Part shown: positions 47,408-56,930 of the stretch, one piece after another
How positions within the stretch are numbered: position 1 is the stretch's first letter
How the letters are laid out: each line of letters starts with the position of its first letter
Assembly: GCA_021814695.1 (NCBI GenBank)
Contig: JAKAHY010000006.1
Coordinates: forward strand, 49 to 64,048
DNA from: a bacterium
GTDB lineage: Bacteria > Patescibacteriota > Minisyncoccia > UBA6257 > JAGOQP01
Length of the DNA stretch: 64,000 nt
Reading direction: 5' to 3'
The notes under the pieces: generated by a model
What the model was told of the DNA's origin: nothing
The model's database searches: none
What the model saw: the letters and a program-made list of their open reading frames with translations, nothing else
Position numbers and translations under genes: made by a program

Positions 47408-47447
47408 ATTATTATAATAACACGTAGCCGAAAGGTGCGGGATTTTT
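47138..47447. mobile_element. GIY-YIG gene 2 bracketed by tcccgcaccttt (47138-47149) and aaaggtgcgggattttt (47431-47447)
   Basis: Same architecture as the 42771-43074 element. Confidence 0.5.
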
Positions 47448-47499
47448 GTTTATTAGCCAATTTGCTATTATGGGTAGTAAGTAATTAATATAAAATTAT

Positions 47500-48522
47500 A
47501 TGAAAGTAGCCATAAATGGTTTTGGTAGAATAGGCCGGTTGTTTTTTAGGCAGGCTTGGGGCAATCCGGATTTGGAGATTGTCGCCATTAACGATTTGGG
47601 AAATGTTGATGACCTTGCTTATTTGTTGAAACGAGACACCGTCTACAGGACTTGGGATGTTGATGTTAAAGGCGACGCCTCAAAAGGCGCTCTGATTGTC
47701 GGAGGCAAGGAGATAAAATTTTTACAGCAAAAAGATGCCACCCAACTTCCTTGGGGCACTCTTGGTATCGATGTTGTTATAGAGTCAACTGGAGTTTTCG
47801 AATCATACGAAAAAGCCAAAGTGCATCTGGATGCGGGCGCAAAAAGAGTTGTAATAACAGCACCGGCTAAAGATGCGGATGGTGAGCTAGGCCAGACAAT
47901 TTTGGTTGGAGTTAACGAAGAAAAACTGGGCGTCTGCAAAATTTCATCAAACGGTTCCTGCACAACCAATTCGGCATCGCCGGTTATTGCCGTGCTGTCG
48001 GAAAATCCCGGAATTGAAAAAGCGATTTTAACCACGGTTCACTCTTATACAGCGACACAATCCTTGGTTGATGGTCCGGTAAAAGGAGAAGATTTCAGAA
48101 GGGGCAGGGCCGCGGCTCAAAACATAGTGCCTTCGACTACCGGTGCGGCCATAGCCGTTTCAAGAGCTTTGCCTGAGCTTGTAGATAAATTTGACGGCAT
48201 AGCGGTAAGAGTTCCTTCGGTAACCGGTTCGACTTCGGATATAACATTTATATCAAAGCGTCCGACAACTGTAGAAGAAATAAATTCAATTTTGAAAGCA
48301 GCTGCCGCTTTACCCCGTTGGCAAGGGATACTTACGGTCAGTGAAGAGCCATTGGTTTCATCCGATATTATCGGCATGCCTTACGGGGCTATTGTTGATA
48401 TGAAGTTTACCAAAGTTGTCGGCGGCAATCTGGTTAAAGTCCTTTCCTGGTACGACAATGAATGGGGATATGTCTCAACTCTCATAAAACATCTTAAAAA
48501 AGTTAAAGACGTAATAAAATAA
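47500..48522 (+). CDS. gap: Glyceraldehyde-3-phosphate dehydrogenase
   Basis: INGFGRIGR, active-site SCTTN. Confidence 0.9.
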   Translation: MKVAINGFGRIGRLFFRQAWGNPDLEIVAINDLGNVDDLAYLLKRDTVYRTWDVDVKGDASKGALIVGGKEIKFLQQKDATQLPWGTLGIDVVIESTGVFESYEKAKVHLDAGAKRVVITAPAKDADGELGQTILVGVNEEKLGVCKISSNGSCTTNSASPVIAVLSENPGIEKAILTTVHSYTATQSLVDGPVKGEDFRRGRAAAQNIVPSTTGAAIAVSRALPELVDKFDGIAVRVPSVTGSTSDITFISKRPTTVEEINSILKAAAALPRWQGILTVSEEPLVSSDIIGMPYGAIVDMKFTKVVGGNLVKVLSWYDNEWGYVSTLIKHLKKVKDVIK

Positions 48523-48537
48523 TCCATTTTTATCTTT

Positions 48538-49845
48538 ATGAGGGATGTGCTCAAGAATAATTTGGGAGTGGTGTTTGTTGCCGCCGCTTGTTTTTTTCCG
48601 GCCGTATTTTGGATTTTTCAGGAACCGGTTAATTATCGTTTCGGAAATCTGGTGGAAACTTTTACCAGCTTCGGCCAGCTTCTTGGCCTTATCGGGATGA
48701 GCATGTTTGCCGTGGTTCTTTTTTTGAGTTCCAGACTTAAAATTTTTGATAAATATTTTGACGGCTTGGGAAGGGCTTATAATCTCCATCATATGCTTGG
48801 GGGATTGGCGTTTATCCTGCTTTTATTTCACCCCCTTACACTTGCCGTCCGCTATATTCCAAGCTCCATTCAAATTGCATCCGGATTTATATTTTCGTTT
48901 GACAATACGGCCATTAATTACGGGAAAATCGCACTTCTGGGGATGATTGCTCTTCTTTTAATTACTTTTTACGTTAAAAAAGTAATCAAGTATCAGACAT
49001 GGAAACTATCGCATAAGCTTCTGGGTGCCTTCTTTTTTATCGGCGGGCTTCACATGCTTTTAATACCCAGCGATGTTTCGGTTAATTTTTCTCTTCGTTG
49101 GTACATGATTTTAATTTCTGCCGTCGGAATTGGCGCTTATTTTTACAGAACGCTTCTCTATCCGCTGAGTATCCGCCGGTTTACCTACAAGGTTGATGAT
49201 ATACGGATGGCCGGAGACGACGTAACCGAGATAACCTTAAGGCCCCTTAATAAGAAAATGAAATATAATCCGGGGCAGTTTGTTTTTATCAGCTTTAAAA
49301 ATAACTTCATCGGATCGGAATCGCATCCGTTTTCTCTCATTTCCAATTTTGAAGAAGACTCGATCCAAGTTGCGGTAAAAATGGCGGGCGATTTTACGGA
49401 CAAGCTTCCTAATTTGAAAATCGGCGATGAGGCAAAAATAGAAGGGCCTTTTGGAAAATTCAATTATGAAAATGCAAAAAGCAGGCGACAGATATGGATT
49501 GCCGGAGGGATCGGCATTACTCCTTTTTTAAGTATGGCGCGAAGCATAAACTGGTCCGAATATAAAATTGACCTGTATTATTCTTTCAGAAATCCAACCG
49601 ACGGAGTTTATTCGGAGGAACTTAAAGATATTTCTTCCAGAAACCCAAACTTTTCGTTTCTGCCTTGGATTTCCGGAAAAGTCGGCCAGCTTAGTGTTTC
49701 GAATATAAGCGCGTTAAGCGGCGGACTACAAGGTAAAAGTATTTTTATATGTGGTCCATTGGTTATGATGCAAGCGATAGAAAAGGGGCTTAAAGACGAA
49801 AAAATTCACTCAGAATACATTCATACCGAAGAATTCAGTATGTAA
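48538..49845 (+). CDS. NOX/Fre-type ferric-reductase-like flavocytochrome (6-TM heme domain + FAD/NAD(P)H-binding domain)
   Basis: HPFSL, EGPFG, GGIGITPF, CGP motifs. Confidence 0.7.
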   Translation: MRDVLKNNLGVVFVAAACFFPAVFWIFQEPVNYRFGNLVETFTSFGQLLGLIGMSMFAVVLFLSSRLKIFDKYFDGLGRAYNLHHMLGGLAFILLLFHPLTLAVRYIPSSIQIASGFIFSFDNTAINYGKIALLGMIALLLITFYVKKVIKYQTWKLSHKLLGAFFFIGGLHMLLIPSDVSVNFSLRWYMILISAVGIGAYFYRTLLYPLSIRRFTYKVDDIRMAGDDVTEITLRPLNKKMKYNPGQFVFISFKNNFIGSESHPFSLISNFEEDSIQVAVKMAGDFTDKLPNLKIGDEAKIEGPFGKFNYENAKSRRQIWIAGGIGITPFLSMARSINWSEYKIDLYYSFRNPTDGVYSEELKDISSRNPNFSFLPWISGKVGQLSVSNISALSGGLQGKSIFICGPLVMMQAIEKGLKDEKIHSEYIHTEEFSM

Positions 49846-49907
49846 TTAGAGGTGAAACTAATTGCCTTTAGATACGTATATAATACTAAGACAATACCTT
49901 TAATCTC

Positions 49908-50429
49908 ATGCTAAAAACCAAGATATTTGTAACAATTGCCCTGGTAATTTTTTGGACCGGTTTGGTGGTTCTTATTACGGCCGGCTTAACTTCCAGGCAA
50001 TTGCCCACATCTTCGGTTTCGGGGGTGTCTGTTTCCGGTGGCAATCTTCAAAGCCAAGGATCGGTTGGCGGCGTTCAAAGCGGCCAACAACAATTAAGTT
50101 CCGCAAAAGGAGTCAATCTTACGGCGGCTGAAATATCCAAACACAATAACGCCGGAGATTGCTGGCTGCTTATCGGAGGAAAAGTATACAACGTCACTGA
50201 ATTTATTCCAATGCATCCGGGTGGCGAATCTACGATCATTCCTTATTGCGGTCAGGATGCCACGGTTGCGTTTGATACCAAAGGAGGTAGGGGGGCTCAT
50301 TCACAAAATGCCCAAAATCTTTTGGCAAGCTATTATATAGGAAATCTAAATTCCAGCGTTAATCAATCGACCGTCCAAAAAACTTCTCAAACATCTCCAC
50401 CTCAAAATATTCCGTTGGGAGACGACTAA
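49908..50429 (+). CDS. Membrane-anchored/secreted cytochrome b5-like heme-binding protein
   Basis: N-terminal TM, HPGG heme-ligand motif (EFIPMHPGGEST). Confidence 0.7.
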   Translation: MLKTKIFVTIALVIFWTGLVVLITAGLTSRQLPTSSVSGVSVSGGNLQSQGSVGGVQSGQQQLSSAKGVNLTAAEISKHNNAGDCWLLIGGKVYNVTEFIPMHPGGESTIIPYCGQDATVAFDTKGGRGAHSQNAQNLLASYYIGNLNSSVNQSTVQKTSQTSPPQNIPLGDD

Positions 50430-50515
50430 TAAAATCAGCTCTATATACGGGGCTGATTTTTTATTTATAGAAAATTGTTTGTTGTAAGTTGCAAGCCGTA
50501 AGTTATAATTAAAGG

Positions 50516-50983
50516 ATGTTAATATACATCGGAGCAGACCACAGGGGATTTGCCCTCAAGGAAGTTATAAAAAGTTTTATCGGAAGTGTCGGTTACGAGG
50601 TTGTGGATATGGGTAATGAAAAACTCGATCCGAACGACGATTATCCCGATTTTGCGATCGATGTCGCCAAAGAAGTGAGTAAAGATCCGTCACTGGGAAA
50701 CGGTATTTTATTGTGCGGTTCGGGGGTGGGAATGGATGTGGTAGCCAACAAATTCAGAAATGTTAGGAGTTCACTATGTTTTTCGGTCGATCAGGCGATG
50801 GCTGCCCGTAACGATGATAATGCCAATGTTCTGGTTCTGCCGGCTGATTTTTTGGACGAAGATAAAGCCAAAAAAATCGTATCGGTATGGATTCAGACAA
50901 AATTTGAAGATATTCCTAAACGCAACCGCCGTCTTAAAAAAATCGAAGAATTGGAATTAAAAACTACGAATTATTTTGAATAA
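50516..50983 (+). CDS. rpiB: Ribose-5-phosphate isomerase B
   Basis: IGADHRGF, LLCGSGVGM. Confidence 0.85.
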   Translation: MLIYIGADHRGFALKEVIKSFIGSVGYEVVDMGNEKLDPNDDYPDFAIDVAKEVSKDPSLGNGILLCGSGVGMDVVANKFRNVRSSLCFSVDQAMAARNDDNANVLVLPADFLDEDKAKKIVSVWIQTKFEDIPKRNRRLKKIEELELKTTNYFE

Positions 50984-50986
50984 ATA

Positions 50987-51619
50987 ATGAGAGTTAACGT
51001 CGGAATAAACACAAAGAATAGGATCGAGCTTAAAACAAAGCTCGATTTGGCTAAAAAATTTTTCCCCAAAAATACTTCGCTCCACGTTGATATTTCCAAA
51101 AAAGGATTCTCTTCCGTGAATTCATTTGTGGATTTTGCCATTCTTAAAAAATATTCCCGGTATTTCAAACTGGAAGGGCATCTTATGGTGACAAAAAAAG
51201 ACGTTCTCTTGCACAAATGGTATTTGTCTCCTTTAAAAACCCTGTTTATCCATTCGGCAATTAGCCCCGATTGGGAAAAAGTTTTCAGATTGGCAAAAAA
51301 ATACCACAAGGAAATAGGAGTTGTCGTGGATTTTGACCAAAGTTTGGACGGCATATTTGTCCCGGTTGGGACAAAAAGGATTCTGGTCCTTGCCGTTGTT
51401 CCCGGAAAATCCGGTCAAAAATTTCACACAAAGGCCTTAAGCGTGATTTCTTTTTTGAGGAAAAAATACCCGCATGCTAAAATATCTGTAGATGGCGGAA
51501 TAACGTTGCAAATCGCTAGGAAAGTAAAATTAGCGGGAGCAAATGGAGTGACTTCTGAGTCATTTATTTGGAAAAACAAAAATCCAGAGTTGGCTTATAA
51601 AAAATTGAGGGATATATAA
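50987..51619 (+). CDS. Divergent ribulose-phosphate 3-epimerase-like TIM-barrel protein
   Basis: HVDI, GHLMV, SVDGGI motifs. Confidence 0.55.
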   Translation: MRVNVGINTKNRIELKTKLDLAKKFFPKNTSLHVDISKKGFSSVNSFVDFAILKKYSRYFKLEGHLMVTKKDVLLHKWYLSPLKTLFIHSAISPDWEKVFRLAKKYHKEIGVVVDFDQSLDGIFVPVGTKRILVLAVVPGKSGQKFHTKALSVISFLRKKYPHAKISVDGGITLQIARKVKLAGANGVTSESFIWKNKNPELAYKKLRDI

Positions 51620-51632
51620 ACAAATTTATTAA

Positions 51633-52208
51633 ATGTCAAAAATAATATCTTTCTTAAATTTAAATTCCATTTTATTTAAAATTATTATTGCCTTATTTCT
51701 TACTGTTTTGTCGGCAATATTTTTTTCCTGGATTCTTAATATATGGTGGGGGGGTGAGCATCAGCTATCTGTGCTTGGGACCTATGTTTCAACTATACAC
51801 TCCGAATCGTCACACTCCGGATCGTCAAATGCAGAGAATTTTATTTTCAATATTTTGAAAAATACAGCAATAAAAGAAACAATAGTGAATTGTACTGGCT
51901 ACAAATATCCCAATATTGATAAAAGCTCCATCAATAACTATAGCAATGATGAAATTAACATATGTAAAAGTTCAAAGCCGCTTAGTTTATTTGGATTATT
52001 TGATTCAGGTGATCCACATGGATTTCCTCTCGGATTTATTATTTATGGAGATTGCCAATTATCTATGGCGGGGCCGACTTACTATTGTTGGCCAACTGTT
52101 GTAGGATATATTAATCTTATTATTGATTTTGTGTTTTGGTTTGTGTTCGTGTATTTAATAGTTTTCATTAAGAATCTTATTTTGAAAAAGAATAAATTGA
52201 AAACTTAA
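51633..52208 (+). CDS. Hypothetical membrane protein
   Basis: ORF with terminal TM helices. Confidence 0.4.
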   Translation: MSKIISFLNLNSILFKIIIALFLTVLSAIFFSWILNIWWGGEHQLSVLGTYVSTIHSESSHSGSSNAENFIFNILKNTAIKETIVNCTGYKYPNIDKSSINNYSNDEINICKSSKPLSLFGLFDSGDPHGFPLGFIIYGDCQLSMAGPTYYCWPTVVGYINLIIDFVFWFVFVYLIVFIKNLILKKNKLKT

Positions 52209-52271
52209 TAATTTTTAAATCTTACATTTCAATTTTACATTTTGATTTTTGAATTTTGATTTATCTATATT

Positions 52272-53129
52272 ATGTATCTTTCCCATCATCGCATAAAAGA
52301 TCTATATGAAGTTGCCAACCGTCTTCGTGAAGATGTGATTGAAATGCTGGTTGAGGCCGGTTCGGGTCATTCCGCCGGTCCTTTGGGGATGGCTGATATT
52401 TTTGCGGCAATGTATTTTTACGTTCTTAACCACAAACCGAAAAATCCGAATTGGCCCTTGCGCGACCGGCTGATACTTTCCAACGGCCATATCTGCCCGA
52501 TTCAATATGCGGCGCTGGCTCGTTCCGGATATTTTCCGCTCAAGGAGCTTTCAACTTTGCGTAAGATAAACTCCCGGCTCCAAGGCCACCCTCACAGAGG
52601 GAGCCTGCCCGGAGTGGAAACTACCTCTGGCCCTTTGGGATCCGGACTTGCGCAGGCGATTGGCATGGCGCTTGCCGCAAAACTTAACAATGAACGGCAC
52701 AGAATTTATTGCATGATGTCCGATGGGGAGCATGATGAAGGCAATACTTGGGAAGCAGTAATGTTTGCCGGGAAAAATAAACTTAACAATCTGACCGCGG
52801 TTATGGACAGAAATAATATTCAGATAGACGGATTTACCGAAAACGTTATGCCATTGGAACCGCTTCGTGATAAATATGAAGCGTTCGGCTGGGAAGTAAT
52901 CGATGTCGACGGGCATAATATCGAGGAATTTATTTCGGCCATTTGGGAGGCAAAGGCAATTTACGAAAAGCCGACTATGATTATTGCCCATACGATTCCG
53001 GGGAAAGGAGTGGATTTTATGGAACGAAAATACGAATGGCACGGAATTCCTCCAAACAAAGAACAGGCAAGGGAAGCACTCAGCCAACTTCGTAAACTGG
53101 GCGGAAAAATTAAAAGCGAGCACGAATAA
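52272..53129 (+). CDS. Transketolase N-terminal (TPP-binding) subunit
   Basis: GSGHSAGPLGMADI, GHPHRG..PGVETTSGPLGSGL. Confidence 0.85.
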   Translation: MYLSHHRIKDLYEVANRLREDVIEMLVEAGSGHSAGPLGMADIFAAMYFYVLNHKPKNPNWPLRDRLILSNGHICPIQYAALARSGYFPLKELSTLRKINSRLQGHPHRGSLPGVETTSGPLGSGLAQAIGMALAAKLNNERHRIYCMMSDGEHDEGNTWEAVMFAGKNKLNNLTAVMDRNNIQIDGFTENVMPLEPLRDKYEAFGWEVIDVDGHNIEEFISAIWEAKAIYEKPTMIIAHTIPGKGVDFMERKYEWHGIPPNKEQAREALSQLRKLGGKIKSEHE

Positions 53130-53168
53130 AATAACATATAAAAATATAAACATTTAAATATCAAAATT

Positions 53169-53504
53169 ATGAGCGCAATTGAGTGGGTTAAAAAAATATA
53201 TATTTATCTTTTTTCGGCAATAGGATTGATTGTTGTTATTATCGGATCCGTCCAGCTGATTAATTTGGGATTAAAGGCGTGGATATTTACTAAAGCCGAT
53301 AATTACTACAATTATCCGATGCCGGTGTCATCTCCGGATAAAGGACAGGTTGTGCAGCAGCCGGACCAGAAAGCAATCGACGAATATCAGCAGAATAATC
53401 TTACGAGCCAGAGGCAGCGCGAAGCGGCTAATGCCATCGCGATGATAATAGTCGGAGCTCCATTGTTTTTATACCACTGGCGTCTTGCCAGAAAACAGGC
53501 CTAA
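53169..53504 (+). CDS. Small membrane protein between the tkt halves
   Basis: Two TM helices. Confidence 0.4.
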   Translation: MSAIEWVKKIYIYLFSAIGLIVVIIGSVQLINLGLKAWIFTKADNYYNYPMPVSSPDKGQVVQQPDQKAIDEYQQNNLTSQRQREAANAIAMIIVGAPLFLYHWRLARKQA

Positions 53505-53522
53505 GCTAATCAATTATTTGTT

Positions 53523-54515
53523 ATGTTGAATCCCGACGCAAAACTTAATCACGATATTTTTTCAAAGCACGTAGAAGAAGCGCCGACACGTGATGGCTAT
53601 GGGCACGGTCTTTTGGAAGCGGGCAAAGAAAAAAATGTTGTTGTTCTTTCTGCCGACTTGGAAGAATCCACCCGCTGCCATTGGTTTGCCAAAGTTTATC
53701 CGGAAAGATTTTTTGAATGCGGAGTGGCCGAGCAGGGAATGACGACAATTGCCGCCGGTCTTGCGGTTGCCGGAAAAATACCTTTCATCAGCTCTTATGC
53801 CAACTTTTGTCCGGGGAGAACCTGGGAGCAGGTAAGGACTACTATCTGTTATAACAATGCCAACGTAAAAATTGCCGGAAATCATGCCGGAATATCCGTC
53901 GGCCCCGACGGGGCAACTCATCAGGCGACCGAAGATATCGCTATTATGCGTTCTTTGCCGAATATGAAAGTCGTTGTACCCTGCGATTCGATTGAGGCCC
54001 AAAAAGCAACGATGGCCGTATCGCAAATTTATGGACCGATGTATCTTCGGCTTCAGCGTGAAAAAACCCCGGTAATGACGACCAAAGAAACCCCGTTTGT
54101 CTTTGGGAAAGCTTATCCGCTCTGGGTCTCCAAAGGAAAGGAAATCGATGTTTTAATAATCGGAGCCGGTCCTTTATTGCACAACGCATTGCTGGCTGCA
54201 AAAGAATTAGAGAAAGAAAGAATCAGGAGCGTTGTATTAAACAGCCATACGATAAAACCGCTTGATGAAAAAGAAATCTTGAATTGGGCCAAAAAAGCCG
54301 GCGCCGTGGTAACCGTTGAAGAGCATAATATTATAGGGGGATTAGGAGGGGCCGTAGCTGAGCTTTTAACCGGGAAACTTCCTTTGCCGCTTGAGCGCGT
54401 AGGCATCCGGGATGTTTATGGCGAATCGGGAAAACCGGAAGAACTGATAAGAAAATATCATTTGGACGTTAAGGATGTCGTTGTGGCGGTTAAAAAAGTC
54501 ATAAAAAGGAAGTAA
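53523..54515 (+). CDS. Transketolase C-terminal subunit
   Basis: Pyrimidine-binding and C-terminal domains. Confidence 0.85.
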   Translation: MLNPDAKLNHDIFSKHVEEAPTRDGYGHGLLEAGKEKNVVVLSADLEESTRCHWFAKVYPERFFECGVAEQGMTTIAAGLAVAGKIPFISSYANFCPGRTWEQVRTTICYNNANVKIAGNHAGISVGPDGATHQATEDIAIMRSLPNMKVVVPCDSIEAQKATMAVSQIYGPMYLRLQREKTPVMTTKETPFVFGKAYPLWVSKGKEIDVLIIGAGPLLHNALLAAKELEKERIRSVVLNSHTIKPLDEKEILNWAKKAGAVVTVEEHNIIGGLGGAVAELLTGKLPLPLERVGIRDVYGESGKPEELIRKYHLDVKDVVVAVKKVIKRK

Positions 54516-54594
54516 AAATATATAAAAATTTAAATATATAAATAAGGAGTTAGCCGCTCCTTTTTTAATACCGGATCTTTATACTTTATACTTT

Positions 54595-55653
54595 ATGTTT
54601 TATACTTATCCTATGTACGACGTTTTAACTATCGGAACGGTAACCGTAGATACCTTTATTAAGGCGGATTTTCTAAAAACCGTGACTGATAAAAAACATC
54701 TTGAAAAAATAGGTTTTGTGACCGGCCAGGCGCAATGTTTTTCGTTGGGGTCCAAAATCGAGATTTCAGAGCCGATAATAGAAATCGGCGGTGGCGCCCA
54801 TAATGCCGCGGTGACTTTTTCCAAGGCTGATCTTGATACTATTTCCATATTTAACGTTGGAGGAGATAGAAATGGCGATATGATAGTGGAAGAATTTATC
54901 CACAAAGGGATAAAGCCGATCGGAATTACGGACAAAAACAAAAAAACCGGAGTCTCATATATTCTTTTGAGTAACAGTGGAGAGAGAACTATTCTGGTAA
55001 ACCGCGGATGTTCGGGAGAAATCAAAAATTCCGAAATTCCTTTCAAAAAACTTGCAGCCAAATGGGCTTATATAGCTCCGGGGAGTATTCCTTATCCGGT
55101 TTTAAAAAAGATATTTTCTTATTTGCATAAAAACGGGACAAAAATAGCAATCAATCCTTCTAAGGACATGCTGCAATTGGGGATTTCCAAATTAAAGCCA
55201 TTTTTAAACACGGCTTCGGTTGTAATTCTAAACAGAGAGGAGGCCGCGTATCTTACCCGCATTCCTTATGACCAAAGCGATAAGATATTTTCGAAGTTGG
55301 ATGATTATGTTCCGGGAATTGTCGTTATGACGGATGGTAAAAAAGGAGCCGAGCTTTCCGATGGTAAAACATTCTACAAGTCGGGTGTTTTTTCGGAGAA
55401 AAAAATAGTCGATAGAACCGGTGCGGGGGATGCTTTTGGAAGCGGATTTATTGCCGGAGTGATTGAGGCTGATGAGCAGTGCATTAAGGGCGTCTGCAGT
55501 CCGCATAAAATAGCCTACGCAATTAGACGCGCTGCAGCCAATTCAACTTCGGTTATAGAGTCCGTGGGAGCAACTCCGGGAGTTATTTCCAGGCATGAAT
55601 TTTTAAAGAGCCGTAGGTGGAAAACATTACCGATCGAAATTAGAAAAATCTAA
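54595..55653 (+). CDS. PfkB-family carbohydrate/ribokinase-like kinase
   Basis: DRTGAGDAFGSGFIAG signature. Confidence 0.75.
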   Translation: MFYTYPMYDVLTIGTVTVDTFIKADFLKTVTDKKHLEKIGFVTGQAQCFSLGSKIEISEPIIEIGGGAHNAAVTFSKADLDTISIFNVGGDRNGDMIVEEFIHKGIKPIGITDKNKKTGVSYILLSNSGERTILVNRGCSGEIKNSEIPFKKLAAKWAYIAPGSIPYPVLKKIFSYLHKNGTKIAINPSKDMLQLGISKLKPFLNTASVVILNREEAAYLTRIPYDQSDKIFSKLDDYVPGIVVMTDGKKGAELSDGKTFYKSGVFSEKKIVDRTGAGDAFGSGFIAGVIEADEQCIKGVCSPHKIAYAIRRAAANSTSVIESVGATPGVISRHEFLKSRRWKTLPIEIRKI

Positions 55654-55654
55654 C

Positions 55655-56926
55655 ATGACTTCCGAAGAAAAAATAGCCAAAATTTTGAGAGCCGATAAGG
55701 ACACTATTATGGATTTGGAGAGCAGGCTTGGAAAAATCACCGGAAAAACCGGAGTCATCGATGAAATTCGAGCCCAAAATGATTCCGCCGTGGAAAACCG
55801 CCTGGAACAAATGAAACTGACAAGGAAGTCTTCGGCAAAAAAAGTATTTGAAGCTCTTATAAAAAAAATAAGAAAAGACGACAGAAGCCTTTCAATGCTT
55901 ATGGGCAGCCCCGACTTTACCTGCAAGAGCGGTTGTGATGTTGTGGCTAAGTTTGTCACTTCGGTAGCGGGAGATATGACCGGTTTTTTCCTGAAAAAGG
56001 AAAAATTTATTGAATTTTTGCACAAGACTCCTCCAAAAAAAGTACTAATGATGCTTGGGTATTCTTCGGTGGATGAGCTTATTGAAAAAGAAGACTGGCG
56101 TGAGGTTGCCGCTTCTCTCAGGTTTGTCGAGGGTGGGGAATGGATAAATGACGTTCTTCTCCCTTCTTACGAGTCCCTCAGTCCGGCCGACTTTGAGCGT
56201 AGAAAATTTGAAATTATCTCACTAAATCCTAAATGGGAAAATCTGGCAAAAAATTTTGTTGAAAAAAAATATCACAATATCAGCCACCTTAAGGAATTGG
56301 GAATAATTTTTATAATACCTACCTCGCTTAACTTACTCGGAGAGCTGATGAGAACGGTTGGACTTTTATTACATTACGTTAACGAAATAAAATTTTACTC
56401 CAACATTTTTCTTCACATAGGCGGGAGGCCGGTAGACTTTTCCAGAAACCTTATGTCCCTGCTCAGGGGGGACGTGGTTGATGATAAGAAACTATCCAAT
56501 CAGGGAGAGTGGCTCATAGTCCAGAGATATCTGGCAAAAGACGACGAAAACGACTGGAGGCTTTTTGTTCCTCACGTAAATCCGGAAGCGATGCATTGGG
56601 AAAAGGCGGAGAGTATGTTGGTTGAACTCGGTAAGAAATATGACGACTTGGGGCACGAATTTTCTTTTTGGAAGGAGATGAACTGGGTGGGTGATTATTT
56701 TGGAACCAATACCGGAGTGGATGTTCTTGTCAGTTTTAACCTTATTGATACCTCAATGGCATTGGTCCAGGAAAAAGAAATGATCAAATATCTATATCAT
56801 CACCAGGAGGCTCTTTGGAACAAAATATTCTCGTCATATTTTGGAGAGGAAAAGATGGAGGAAATGATGCGCGAGGACATAGAGTTCGGATACATAAAAC
56901 TTTCCGATAAATTAACCCAATACTAA
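55655..56926 (+). CDS. Hypothetical protein
   Basis: ORF. Confidence 0.4.
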   Translation: MTSEEKIAKILRADKDTIMDLESRLGKITGKTGVIDEIRAQNDSAVENRLEQMKLTRKSSAKKVFEALIKKIRKDDRSLSMLMGSPDFTCKSGCDVVAKFVTSVAGDMTGFFLKKEKFIEFLHKTPPKKVLMMLGYSSVDELIEKEDWREVAASLRFVEGGEWINDVLLPSYESLSPADFERRKFEIISLNPKWENLAKNFVEKKYHNISHLKELGIIFIIPTSLNLLGELMRTVGLLLHYVNEIKFYSNIFLHIGGRPVDFSRNLMSLLRGDVVDDKKLSNQGEWLIVQRYLAKDDENDWRLFVPHVNPEAMHWEKAESMLVELGKKYDDLGHEFSFWKEMNWVGDYFGTNTGVDVLVSFNLIDTSMALVQEKEMIKYLYHHQEALWNKIFSSYFGEEKMEEMMREDIEFGYIKLSDKLTQY

Positions 56927-56930
56927 TAAT

